A stretch of 64,000 nt of DNA from Candidatus Cloacimonadales bacterium (GTDB lineage Bacteria > Cloacimonadota > Cloacimonadia > Cloacimonadales > JAFGVF01): positions 960,001 through 1,024,000 of the forward strand of contig CAXXOU010000004.1 in assembly GCA_963677495.2 (NCBI GenBank), in the 5' to 3' direction. Under the pieces are notes generated by a model. It was given only the letters and a program-made list of their open reading frames with translations, had not been told where the DNA came from and made no database searches. The position numbers and the translations under genes are program-made. Below, one piece after another: positions 29,352 through 38,436 of the stretch (its first letter is position 1; each line of letters begins with the position of its first letter).

Positions 29352-31778
29352 ATGAGAAAAATATTATTAGTTTTATTATTCATCATGTTAGTGTTATATA
29401 TTAATGCAACGACTCTCGAAGTCTCTCTCGATGGAACACATCAATATACGTCTATCCAATCAGCTATTAATGCTTCCAATAATGGAGATATGGTTCTTGT
29501 GCACCCTGGTAGGTACTTTGAAAATATCGACTTCATCGGAAAGAGTATTACCGTTTGCAGTGAATACATAACTAATCCTGACTGGAGTATTGTTGAGTCA
29601 ACGATCATTGATGGTAATCAGCAATCCAGTTGCGTTAGAGTAGGGAATGATGAAGAAAATGCAATTTTGTTAGGATTCACTATTACTAAAGGGTATGGAT
29701 ATGGTTCCAATAGATTTGGGGGTGGTATTATCGTACATGGTGATAGTTTTTTAGAAGTAGTTGACTGTTTAATTAGCGAAAATAATGCCCAAAATGGAGG
29801 AGGTGTTAGTAGTGCTTATAATGGTAACATATCCTTATCTGGATGTGTTATTCGTGATAACATAACAATAAGCCAAGGAGGAGGAGTTGGAGTTTATAAT
29901 GCTAGTATATTTTTTGATCCAAATAATCTAAACAGCATCCATAATAATTATGGAGATGTACAAGACATCTTCCTTTATAATGTAACTTGCAACGATATTG
30001 TCTTAGATACTCTCAGTATGAATATGACTGAACCCGATGGTTTCTTTGTTTCTTATTACGCTCCACCATTAAACACAAATCCAATCCCAACTATATCAGT
30101 ACAGAACACTTATTTTAACCAAGTTGATGCTGATCTCTATGTTTCACCTAGTGGTGATGACAATAATGATGGATTAACCCCAGAAACTGCCCTAAAAACA
30201 ATCGCTTATGCGAATAAAATTGTTCAACCTGATAGTCTTAATCCTAATGCTGTTTATCTAATGCCCGGGATCTATGGGAGAACAACTAATAATCAGATAT
30301 TCCCGATTGCTTGCCAGTCTCATACAAAGATGCTGGGAATCGGGGAATTCCCTACAGATGTAGTAATAGGGGATGATTGGGGGATAAACTTGTTGATTAC
30401 TTCTAATGCTACAAATGTTGAAATTGGTAATTTATCAGTAACATACTGCGATGATATGAATAATACAGTTTTTACAATAGTCAGAAGTTCGAATATCCAT
30501 ATTCATGATATTGATTGTAATAACAATATTTCAAGGTTTCCGGGAATCGAAGTATTTAAATGTGATGAAGTTTTGTTAGAAAACATCAACATACATGATA
30601 TTGAAAATACAGTGGATATGATTACTTCGATTTATACTTATGAATCTAGTAACATTGTCTTCAATAACACTGTTGTTAATAATACAATAAGTAACTGTGA
30701 GCATGGCTTTGTCTCAGTCATGAATTTGGATGATAGCGATGTAACACTTAATAATACAATTATAACTAATAACATTCGAACAGATTCCAGTAATTTAGTA
30801 CAGTATGGTAACACAAGCCCCAGTTCACCCGGTGGAAACCTTGAAGTGAATAACTTTCTTATGTATAATAACACATTTGCAAGTGGAGGAGAGACCTTTT
30901 CAGTTGTCAGTAGTTATGATCAGAATTACCTGAATAATCTTACTATTGCTCATAATACAGGACCAGGATATGCAGTTAGATTCATTGGGGATATTGTGAT
31001 GAAAAACAGTATTCTCTACAACCCAAATTGTGGTGGTGAACTGCATCTTTGGGCTTATCCACCGAGTGACCCCGATCCAATAATTACAACAGCGGAAGTT
31101 GATTATAACTTGATAAGAAATGGAGAAGCAGGAGTTGTAGGAGCTGACAATATAAACAACACTCTTGTTTGGGGAACACATAATTTAGACACAAGCCCTC
31201 TCTTTAGAGGAGATATGGAAGGAGATATACCTGTAGGAGACCCGAGATGGGTGCAACTGACAGAGAACTCACCATGCGTGAATTCAGGAACACCTGATAC
31301 ACTTGGTATGAACTTACCAACTATGGATATAACAGGTAACCCAAGAGTGTGGGGGAACATTATTGATATGGGAGCACATGAGTATAACCCTACAGTTGGA
31401 AACAGTGATGAAACAGCTCCAACACCACCTGCAACGATACAGGTGTCGCATTTCCCGAATCCAATAACTCCTAATGGTAACAACGGGAAAGTCGCTTTTA
31501 TCGAGTTCACACTTCCTAAGAAACCAATAGAGAAACCTACTTTAGAGATATACAATATCAAAGGGCAGAAGGTAAGGGATCTGAAGATAACACAGAGTTT
31601 TTCTCAGCTTGTGAGGAGTGCAGGACTATCCTCAGAGGATAAACAAACCGGGGAGCATTATTCTAAGATTTGGGACTGTAAGGATAATAATCGTAAGACT
31701 GTAGCATCGGGTATTTACTTCTACAAGGTTAGCTGTGAGGGGGAAGAAGCTATTGGAAAATTAATGATTATGAAGTAG
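29352..31778 (+). CDS. Secreted beta-helix (pectin-lyase-like/DUF1565-like) protein with FlgD-Ig/T9SS-like C-terminal domain
   Basis: Signal peptide; YTSIQSAIN...VHPGRY; GGG/NN beta-helix repeats; LYVSPSGDDNNDG; SPCVNSG...IDMGAHE; FPNP...VASGIYFY tail. Confidence 0.8.
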   Translation: MRKILLVLLFIMLVLYINATTLEVSLDGTHQYTSIQSAINASNNGDMVLVHPGRYFENIDFIGKSITVCSEYITNPDWSIVESTIIDGNQQSSCVRVGNDEENAILLGFTITKGYGYGSNRFGGGIIVHGDSFLEVVDCLISENNAQNGGGVSSAYNGNISLSGCVIRDNITISQGGGVGVYNASIFFDPNNLNSIHNNYGDVQDIFLYNVTCNDIVLDTLSMNMTEPDGFFVSYYAPPLNTNPIPTISVQNTYFNQVDADLYVSPSGDDNNDGLTPETALKTIAYANKIVQPDSLNPNAVYLMPGIYGRTTNNQIFPIACQSHTKMLGIGEFPTDVVIGDDWGINLLITSNATNVEIGNLSVTYCDDMNNTVFTIVRSSNIHIHDIDCNNNISRFPGIEVFKCDEVLLENINIHDIENTVDMITSIYTYESSNIVFNNTVVNNTISNCEHGFVSVMNLDDSDVTLNNTIITNNIRTDSSNLVQYGNTSPSSPGGNLEVNNFLMYNNTFASGGETFSVVSSYDQNYLNNLTIAHNTGPGYAVRFIGDIVMKNSILYNPNCGGELHLWAYPPSDPDPIITTAEVDYNLIRNGEAGVVGADNINNTLVWGTHNLDTSPLFRGDMEGDIPVGDPRWVQLTENSPCVNSGTPDTLGMNLPTMDITGNPRVWGNIIDMGAHEYNPTVGNSDETAPTPPATIQVSHFPNPITPNGNNGKVAFIEFTLPKKPIEKPTLEIYNIKGQKVRDLKITQSFSQLVRSAGLSSEDKQTGEHYSKIWDCKDNNRKTVASGIYFYKVSCEGEEAIGKLMIMK

Positions 31779-31810
31779 CTTATAGCCTATAGCCGATAGC
31801 CTATAGTTAA
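31776..31810 (+). repeat. Heptamer array (TAGCCTA-like x5) starting at the stop codon
   Basis: TAGCTTA TAGCCTA TAGCCGA TAGCCTA TAGTTAA. Confidence 0.8.
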
Positions 31811-31811
31811 G

Positions 31812-31975
31812 CTGTCACCATAGCGACCGAATGGGAGTTGGGTGAATAGCGGACATGTGGCATAATTCATCACTATGAGTCCAACTCGTTTTAAGTATTC
31901 TAGGAAGTCCGTTTTCTCTACATAAACTTCGTTCTGACAAACTCCCTAGAATATTTGAAACTCGCTATGACTCCA
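31812..31975 (+). repeat. Divergent partial copy of mosaic modules C and B
   Basis: ATAGCGACCGAATGGGAGTTGGGTGAATAGCG resembles 16258-16288; ATTCTAGGAAGTCCGTT...GACAAACTCCCTAGAAT resembles 16161-16207. Confidence 0.7.
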
Positions 31976-32030
31976 ATGATTAATTTAGGATTAAAAATTA
32001 GAATAAATGATATGAAAGGACTAGGTAAAT

Positions 32031-32621
32031 ATGAAGGTAAAATTATTGATATCCATTATGGTTTTGTCTATAAGCATCGCATCTGCACAGGCAGGTTTCA
32101 TGATTAAACTGGGGAGTAATAAAACATGGAGTAAATCTGATTTCTCACACCTTGAAACTCAAGATTATTCTGTTAAAAGCTCATCGATTAATAGGCAAAT
32201 AGGTATGAATCTACAAATTCCTTTGCGTATTGAAAAGTTTTATGTAAGTGTTGGATTAAGGTATAACTTTCGGGAATTAGGTCGCAAAATTCCCGTTGAT
32301 AATGATGATGGATTTTCATTAATGACTGATTATTCTGTAGATATTCCAGTAGACTTTATATACTATTTGAACAAGTATGTTGGAGTTATGGCAGGAGTCT
32401 CATATTCCAAGTTTAGAAGTGAGTTTGGCTCTTCAGAAGATCCATATTCCGGTGACTTTTGGAACCTAGAAACAGGGATTAGAGTTCAGTATTGGCGATG
32501 CCTTTTTGAGACAAAGTATACTCATGGATTAAACAATCTATATAGTGATGGCTTAGATGCTGAACTTTATTATCGTCAGTTTTTGTTTCAAGCTGGATTT
32601 ATCCTTTTTCGAATGGACTAG
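32031..32621 (+). CDS. Putative outer-membrane beta-barrel protein
   Basis: Signal peptide, beta-strand pattern, KYTHGLNN motif, C-terminal AGFILF. Confidence 0.65.
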   Translation: MKVKLLISIMVLSISIASAQAGFMIKLGSNKTWSKSDFSHLETQDYSVKSSSINRQIGMNLQIPLRIEKFYVSVGLRYNFRELGRKIPVDNDDGFSLMTDYSVDIPVDFIYYLNKYVGVMAGVSYSKFRSEFGSSEDPYSGDFWNLETGIRVQYWRCLFETKYTHGLNNLYSDGLDAELYYRQFLFQAGFILFRMD

Positions 32622-32660
32622 TTAATAGCTTTTAACTAAAAGTTTATAGCCTATAACTAA
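32619..32660 (+). repeat. Heptamer array (x6) starting at the stop codon
   Basis: TAGTTAA TAGCTTT TAACTAA AAGTTTA TAGCCTA TAACTAA. Confidence 0.7.
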
Positions 32661-32927
32661 TATCGACAATGATAAGATGTATCACATCAAGATTTGAATA
32701 CTCCAGTGGCAACGCTTTACATTGGAAAGCATACAATTTAGCATCTAAGCAAAAAATAAATGACAACTTTTTCACGGAATCGCTCATTTTTCACACATAT
32801 AATAGTAGAGGCCCTATAAATCGATATATCGAAACATGATGATGTCGAAGAGAAGGTGTTCAGTAGGAATGCTGAATTGTGAAGAATGATTAGAGAAGTA
32901 ACTACATGGTAGTGAAAGGAGTTTAAA

Positions 32928-33389
32928 ATGAAAGTTAACTTCTTATTCCCTATGGCTTCATGGAGCGGTTCACGCGATAAGACAACGTATATGGCTGTCC
33001 ATGATAAAGCCTCCTGTATTGCAAAAGAGTATGCGAAACCACCATACTCAACACAGAACCAAACAATGGGACTAGTTAGTAAGAATCTCGGAATTGTCTA
33101 TGACAGTTTTGATAGCGGATGGGTTGATGATTTGAAAACTTATACCCATCGCTACAACAATGATGTAACTGATAAGTTTGGCTATCCCGCAACTTACTAT
33201 GCACTCTATAGTAAGATGTGGTGGACAGTGCATAAAGATGACCCAACTATCGATTTGAAGACAGTTACCTTTGCAGATATTCAACTGCTTGATATTGGTA
33301 TCAAGACAATCAAAGAAGCAATTGATAATGATTTCCTGCCTAAGGTAAATGAATATGATGATTTAACAAACACCTATAACGGTGCTTAA
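32928..33389 (+). CDS. Hypothetical protein (MKVxF...SWSG type, recalled as multicopy in Cloacimonadota)
   Basis: Strong RBS AAAGGAG, clean ORF, own downstream hairpin; no catalytic motif recognised. Confidence 0.75.
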   Translation: MKVNFLFPMASWSGSRDKTTYMAVHDKASCIAKEYAKPPYSTQNQTMGLVSKNLGIVYDSFDSGWVDDLKTYTHRYNNDVTDKFGYPATYYALYSKMWWTVHKDDPTIDLKTVTFADIQLLDIGIKTIKEAIDNDFLPKVNEYDDLTNTYNGA

Positions 33390-33396
33390 TTAGAAA

Positions 33397-33431
33397 CAGT
33401 TTCAGGCTACTGATTTCAGTAGCCTGAAACT
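33397..33431 (+). terminator. Long perfect hairpin after the 153-aa gene
   Basis: AGTTTCAGGCTACTGA-ttt-CAGTAGCCTGAAACT, stem of at least 15 bp. Confidence 0.65.
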
Positions 33432-33698
33432 ATACATAGACTCCTGATGGTTTTAGACGTTAAACCCCTATAAATACTTACAACTCTTTAAGAGCGATTG
33501 TTTAATAGCCCCATGCGACAATTTGACGCTTGAGGTTTAAGATCTTGGACGTTTTTTTTGCACTGAAGGGGTGTAGGGAGCTTCAATGTGTTAATCTTTC
33601 GCCCCTATAGGGCTACAATCTTCTTTTATTACATTACCACATGCCAAAGCATGTGGCTATTGAACAGACGCCTCTTCAAGGCTAAAGCAGGCTAAGAT

Positions 33699-34072
33699 AG
33701 CTATAATCGGGAAGCCAATCGTGCATAGTAACTAGTAATGACCTGTATAATCATAAACACAGCTCTAAGTTCAAATGTGTGATTTCTAAGTTCTGTCAGT
33801 GGAAGCTGCCGACTGTGTCGGCACAGCAACTCAGGAGAGTCGCAGTACATTCGTAGTGCGAGTGTCCCCACTTGCACATAGCTCGATAGAGCTATAACCG
33901 GGAAGCCAATCGTGCATTGTAACTAGTAATGACCTGTATAATCATAAACACAGCTGTATGCTCAAATGTATGATTTCTAGATTTAGGTCAGTGGAAGCTG
34001 CCGACAGTGTCGGCACAGCATCAGTCTTCGTTTAAAACTACGCCCCGACAGGCCTCAGGAGAGTCGCAGTAC
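33699..34072 (+). repeat. Tandem REPIN/MITE-like elements (truncated copy 33699-33848, full copy 33853-34072 with a 33-nt insertion)
   Basis: Near-identical GGGAAGCCAATCGTGCA...GTCAGTGGAAGCTGCCGAC...GGAGAGTCGCAGTAC in both copies. Confidence 0.85.
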
Positions 34073-34078
34073 AATATG

Positions 34079-34107
34079 AAAAAGCCCGACATTATCGGGC
34101 TTTATTT
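34079..34107. terminator. Terminator of the guaA operon (likely bidirectional)
   Basis: AAAAAGCCCGA-catta-TCGGGCTTTATTT. Confidence 0.8.
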
Positions 34108-34124
34108 CGTGATAATCTAAATGT

Positions 34125-35663
34125 TTATTCCCATTCGATTGTTGCTGGTGGCTTAGAGCTTATATCATAAACAACTCTGTTCACACCTTCAACTTCATTG
34201 ATGATTCTATTTGAAACTCTCTTCAAAAACTCGTAAGGGAACTCTGTCCAATCTGCTGTCATACCATCGGAGCTGTTCACTGCTCTTAAAGCACAAACGT
34301 TTTCATAAGTTCTTTCGTCACCCATAACACCAACTGATTGGATTGGTAACAACACAGCAAATGCCTGCCATGTCTTGTTATAGAGGTTCTTAGCATAGAG
34401 CTCAGAGATGAAGATATGATCAATGTTCTGAAGTAATTCCACTTTCTCAGGAGTGATATCACTAATGATACGAACCGCTAACCCGGGACCCGGGAACGGA
34501 TGACGGGCAACTAAATGCTCAGGTAATCCGATAGTTCTACCAACTGCTCGTACTTCATCTTTGAAGAGTTCTCTTAATGGCTCAACAAGCTTAAGATTCA
34601 TCTTCTCAGGTAATCCACCCACATTGTGGTGTGATTTGATTGTAGCTGAAGGACCTTTAAAAGATACAGATTCAATTATATCCGGATATAAAGTTCCTTG
34701 TGCCAAAAACTTAGCATTTGGATGCTTCTTTGCTTCTGCATCAAATATATCTATGAATGTATTACCAATAATCTTTCTTTTCTTTTCTGGGTCAGTTACA
34801 CCTTCCAACTTTGTCAGGAATGTATCACCAGCTCTGACTGTGTTAAGCTCCATACCGAACCCATCTCTAAAGATCTGTTCAACATCTTCAACTTCATGCT
34901 TTCTAAGAAGACCTGTATCAACAAAGATAGGAATAAGCTGGTCTCCAATAGCTTTATATAACAAGGCTGCTGCAACAGAAGAATCAACACCACCACTAAG
35001 ACCAAGGATAACCTGATCAGTACCGACTTGCTCTTTTATCTCTTGTATTGTAGTATCAATGAATGAATCAGGTGTCCAATCAGGAGTAATACCGGCAATA
35101 TCGATCACGAAATTCTTAAGCATATCCAAACCGTTCACTGAGTGAACAACTTCCGGATGGAATTGGAATGCGAAAATAGGTTTTGATTCATGTGCAATAG
35201 CTGCAAATGGTGAGTTGCCTGTATAGGCTATACGATGGAAACCTTTAGGAAGCTGCTCTAAAGCGTCACCATGACTCATCCAAATCTCCTCTTCATCAGA
35301 CAGACCTTTGAAGATTGAGTTGTGGTCTTCGATCTTAATCTTAGCATATCCATACTCTTTCTTATCAGATTTAGTAACTTTAGCACCATTAAGATGTGCT
35401 AAAAGCTGCATACCATAGCAAACTCCAAGAATAGGTAAATCCATTTGAAGAATTCTCTTATCAGGAATCGGAGCATTCTCAGCTGTTACACTGAAAGGTG
35501 AACCGGATAAAACAATAGCTTTAGGAGCTTTTGCCAACACTTCATCATAACTAACATTAAAAGGAACAATCTCACAATAAACACTGAGCTTTCTGATAGA
35601 CTTAGCTATCAACTGAGTGTACTGTGAACCGAAATCCAGAATTAGAACCATCTGTTTAGTCAT
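34125..35663 (-). CDS. guaA: GMP synthase (glutamine-hydrolysing)
   Basis: [46 protein letters not shown]. Confidence 0.97.
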   Translation of the reverse strand: MTKQMVLILDFGSQYTQLIAKSIRKLSVYCEIVPFNVSYDEVLAKAPKAIVLSGSPFSVTAENAPIPDKRILQMDLPILGVCYGMQLLAHLNGAKVTKSDKKEYGYAKIKIEDHNSIFKGLSDEEEIWMSHGDALEQLPKGFHRIAYTGNSPFAAIAHESKPIFAFQFHPEVVHSVNGLDMLKNFVIDIAGITPDWTPDSFIDTTIQEIKEQVGTDQVILGLSGGVDSSVAAALLYKAIGDQLIPIFVDTGLLRKHEVEDVEQIFRDGFGMELNTVRAGDTFLTKLEGVTDPEKKRKIIGNTFIDIFDAEAKKHPNAKFLAQGTLYPDIIESVSFKGPSATIKSHHNVGGLPEKMNLKLVEPLRELFKDEVRAVGRTIGLPEHLVARHPFPGPGLAVRIISDITPEKVELLQNIDHIFISELYAKNLYNKTWQAFAVLLPIQSVGVMGDERTYENVCALRAVNSSDGMTADWTEFPYEFLKRVSNRIINEVEGVNRVVYDISSKPPATIEWE

Positions 35664-35675
35664 TTTAGCCTCTAT

Positions 35676-36317
35676 TTATATATTTTTTCCAAAACCTAAG
35701 AACGGATTAGCAACTTCTTCATCTCCGATAGTCGATTGCCCACCATGTCCCGGTAGAACAATAGTATCTTCAGCAAGTTTGAAGAGCTTATTTTTTATTG
35801 ATTCACCGAGAGCTTCCATAGAACCACCCGGAAGGTCAGTACGACCTATACCCATCTGGAAGAGTGTGTCTCCACTGAAAAGGATATTCTTATGTAATAG
35901 ACAAATACCACCTTTAGTGTGACCGGGAGTATGAATAACTTTTAATGATTCTGCACCTAAATTAATCTCATCTCCATCAGCTAACTTCTTGGATGGATTT
36001 GGTGCAATAACATATTGTCCCATAAGAGAGCTAAGATTTAGCTCGGGATCAGAAAGCATAGAAGCATCAAGCGCATGAATCATAATCTCTGCACCCAACT
36101 CCTCTTGAAAATATCCAACTCCGCCAATGTGGTCAGCATGACCGTGGGTTAAAACTATATACTTAAGCTTAAGCTCTTTTTTCTGAATCTCAATAAGAAG
36201 ATTTCTATTAGGTGCTGCCGGGTCTATTAACATTGCGTCTTTCGAATCTTTATCCCAAACGAGGTAAGTATTAGTACCGTAAGAGTCTAACAATATGTGT
36301 CTTGTATATTTAAGCAT
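35676..36317 (-). CDS. MBL-fold metallo-hydrolase (glyoxalase II-like)
   Basis: THGHADH, HTPGHT, SGDTLF, PGHG. Confidence 0.9.
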   Translation of the reverse strand: MLKYTRHILLDSYGTNTYLVWDKDSKDAMLIDPAAPNRNLLIEIQKKELKLKYIVLTHGHADHIGGVGYFQEELGAEIMIHALDASMLSDPELNLSSLMGQYVIAPNPSKKLADGDEINLGAESLKVIHTPGHTKGGICLLHKNILFSGDTLFQMGIGRTDLPGGSMEALGESIKNKLFKLAEDTIVLPGHGGQSTIGDEEVANPFLGFGKNI

Positions 36318-36319
36318 TT

Positions 36320-37312
36320 CTATCCTTTAATCCTGTATTTATCTAATTCATTCTCACTAAATGCATCGACTTCTATCTCTTTGTCAAGTGCCTTATCAAA
36401 GCCATAGTTTATGACAGCACTTTTACCTGCTTTCTTAACATAGAACAGCAAAATCTTAGCTGCAACTTCAATCTCTTCTTGAGTTACGGCGTCATTGTCA
36501 GTTACAGTAACAGCTATTGGTCCCGGTACAACAGCTACTTTCAATAAAAGCTCTTTAGTTACAGCTTTTGAAAGTCTTTCATTCTCATCTTTAGTTCTTC
36601 CGATGATAAGTTTTGTCTTATCACTAAGCCGGAAGTTTCTTCCGAGAGCAATGAACTTAATCTGATAGAGATTCATCTGCTCATAGTTAAATAAATCCTT
36701 GAGAGAACGTGAGAATTGCTGATCAGTAAGTAAACAACCACCTGCCGGTGTCTGATAATCTTCTAATCCATATTGCACAGCTAGTTCCATCTGACGTTTA
36801 CGAGAACGTCCTTGAATGTCCATCATCTCCTCTTTAACAACCCAACCTTCACGAATAGGAAGCGTATCATTCAATAGTCTTTGTGAAAGAGGTCTTACTA
36901 TAAGGTCTTTTATTCCACTTGTCTTCGCAACTGCATTCAGTGAGTTACGATTCTGTGACATTGGTCTTTGACCTAAAACTTCACCAGAAATCACAAAGTC
37001 AGCTCCATATTTTTCCAATGCTGCACCGGCACATTTAAACATCAACGCGTGACAATCAATACACGGGTTCATGGTTTTGCCATAACCATATTTAGGATTC
37101 TTAACCATCTCCAGATGTATATCTGAAATATCCATGACTTCAATCTCAATACCTGCTTGTCGGGCAGATTCTTCTGCTTTAGAAAGAGAGAAGAAGGGAG
37201 TGTCGAAGAATACAGGGATAACGTCATAACCTAATTTACGCATGAAGAGGACTACCAGAACACTATCTAGTCCACCGGAAAAAAGAGATATAGCTTTATG
37301 TTTTCTTTTCAT
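36320..37312 (-). CDS. ThiI/MnmA-like PP-loop tRNA sulfurtransferase (no THUMP domain; DUF814-like C-terminus)
   Basis: SGGLDS, NPCIDC, GEVLGQRPMSQ, PAGGCLLT. Confidence 0.8.
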   Translation of the reverse strand: MKRKHKAISLFSGGLDSVLVVLFMRKLGYDVIPVFFDTPFFSLSKAEESARQAGIEIEVMDISDIHLEMVKNPKYGYGKTMNPCIDCHALMFKCAGAALEKYGADFVISGEVLGQRPMSQNRNSLNAVAKTSGIKDLIVRPLSQRLLNDTLPIREGWVVKEEMMDIQGRSRKRQMELAVQYGLEDYQTPAGGCLLTDQQFSRSLKDLFNYEQMNLYQIKFIALGRNFRLSDKTKLIIGRTKDENERLSKAVTKELLLKVAVVPGPIAVTVTDNDAVTQEEIEVAAKILLFYVKKAGKSAVINYGFDKALDKEIEVDAFSENELDKYRIKG

Positions 37313-37459
37313 TGTAGTTCCTTAATGTTAATTATCTGATTGAAAATATCTTAACACTGTTACTCAATTTTGCAAATTAGATAATCTGTCAAGTATGAAG
37401 GCAGAAATAACTTGCACTATTTCTTCAACTAATCAATATTAATGCTTGGAGGTAATAAA

Positions 37460-38434
37460 ATGGATTTCAAATATTATAAGCCCAGGATAGTCGTAAGTAA
37501 ATGTTTAGGATTCTGTAACTGCCGTTTTGATGGAGCAATACTACACTCGAGTACAATTGAAAAACTTAGAGATTATGCAGAGATCGTAACATATTGCCCT
37601 GAAACAGAAATTGGGCTACCAACTCCAAGAGAAGCTCTAAGAATGATTCGCCCTAAAGGAGCAGAGGAGTTGTCTTTAGTAACATCATATAGTGGAGACG
37701 ATTACACGGATAAGATGAGAGATTATGCTGAGAAGATAGTCACAGGTCTTAGTGAGATTGATGGATTTGTACTAAAAAATAGGTCACCGTCTTGTGGAAT
37801 CAAAGATGTTAAAGTATATCCTTCATCAGGCAAGGTGATGATAAAAGAGGAGAAAGCTGTTGGATTCTTTGCACTTGAAGCTCAAAAGCAGTTTGCTAAC
37901 TCTATCTTTGAGGATGATGGAAGACTTACTAATTTCAATATTAGAGAACACTTTTTAACAGCTATTTTCACTAAAGCACATTGGAGAGATGTTGTTAAGT
38001 CTGGTGAGTATAAAAGAGTTGTTGAGTTTCAGTCAAACTATAAGTATCTTTTCATGAGCCTCAGTCCAGATCATCTAAAAAAGCTGGGTAAAATAGTGTC
38101 TTCTCATAATAAAGGCAGCTTTACTACTGCATGTGAAGAGTATGAATCAGTTCTAAGTGATCTACTGAAAGTTACACCCACACCGGGTAAGATAATCAAT
38201 GTAATACAACATATCTTTGGTTACTTTTCAAAGCACCTTTCTGAGCCTGAACGAGAACTATTCTTAGATTTGGTTGGGCAATATAAAGCAGGAAGAATCC
38301 CTTTATCTGTTATCAGATATTTACTCTATTCATATGCAAAGAGATTCAATGAGGAGTATATTTTAACTCAACGTTTCTTTGCTCCATATCCAGAAACAAT
38401 GATTTCTATAACTGACTCAGGAAAGGGGAGATAG
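37460..38434 (+). CDS. DUF523-DUF1722 fusion (YbgA/RudS-like thiouridine desulfidase)
   Basis: VSKCLG..CRFDG, CPETEIGLPTPRE, LKNRSPSCG; C-terminal NVIQHIFGYF...PYP; ATG 37460 after GGAGG. Confidence 0.85.
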   Translation: MDFKYYKPRIVVSKCLGFCNCRFDGAILHSSTIEKLRDYAEIVTYCPETEIGLPTPREALRMIRPKGAEELSLVTSYSGDDYTDKMRDYAEKIVTGLSEIDGFVLKNRSPSCGIKDVKVYPSSGKVMIKEEKAVGFFALEAQKQFANSIFEDDGRLTNFNIREHFLTAIFTKAHWRDVVKSGEYKRVVEFQSNYKYLFMSLSPDHLKKLGKIVSSHNKGSFTTACEEYESVLSDLLKVTPTPGKIINVIQHIFGYFSKHLSEPERELFLDLVGQYKAGRIPLSVIRYLLYSYAKRFNEEYILTQRFFAPYPETMISITDSGKGR

Positions 38435-38436
38435 GG

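Noticed and set aside
32812..32856. A further 11-bp array upstream of the 153-aa gene
   Set aside because: TCGA at 32821, 32829 and 32845 is not 11-bp phased; only a 12-bp palindrome is supported
28918..34072. Composite transposon formed by inverted REPIN copies around three genes
   Set aside because: The copies have diverged cores, no flanking target duplication is visible, and the family is dispersed
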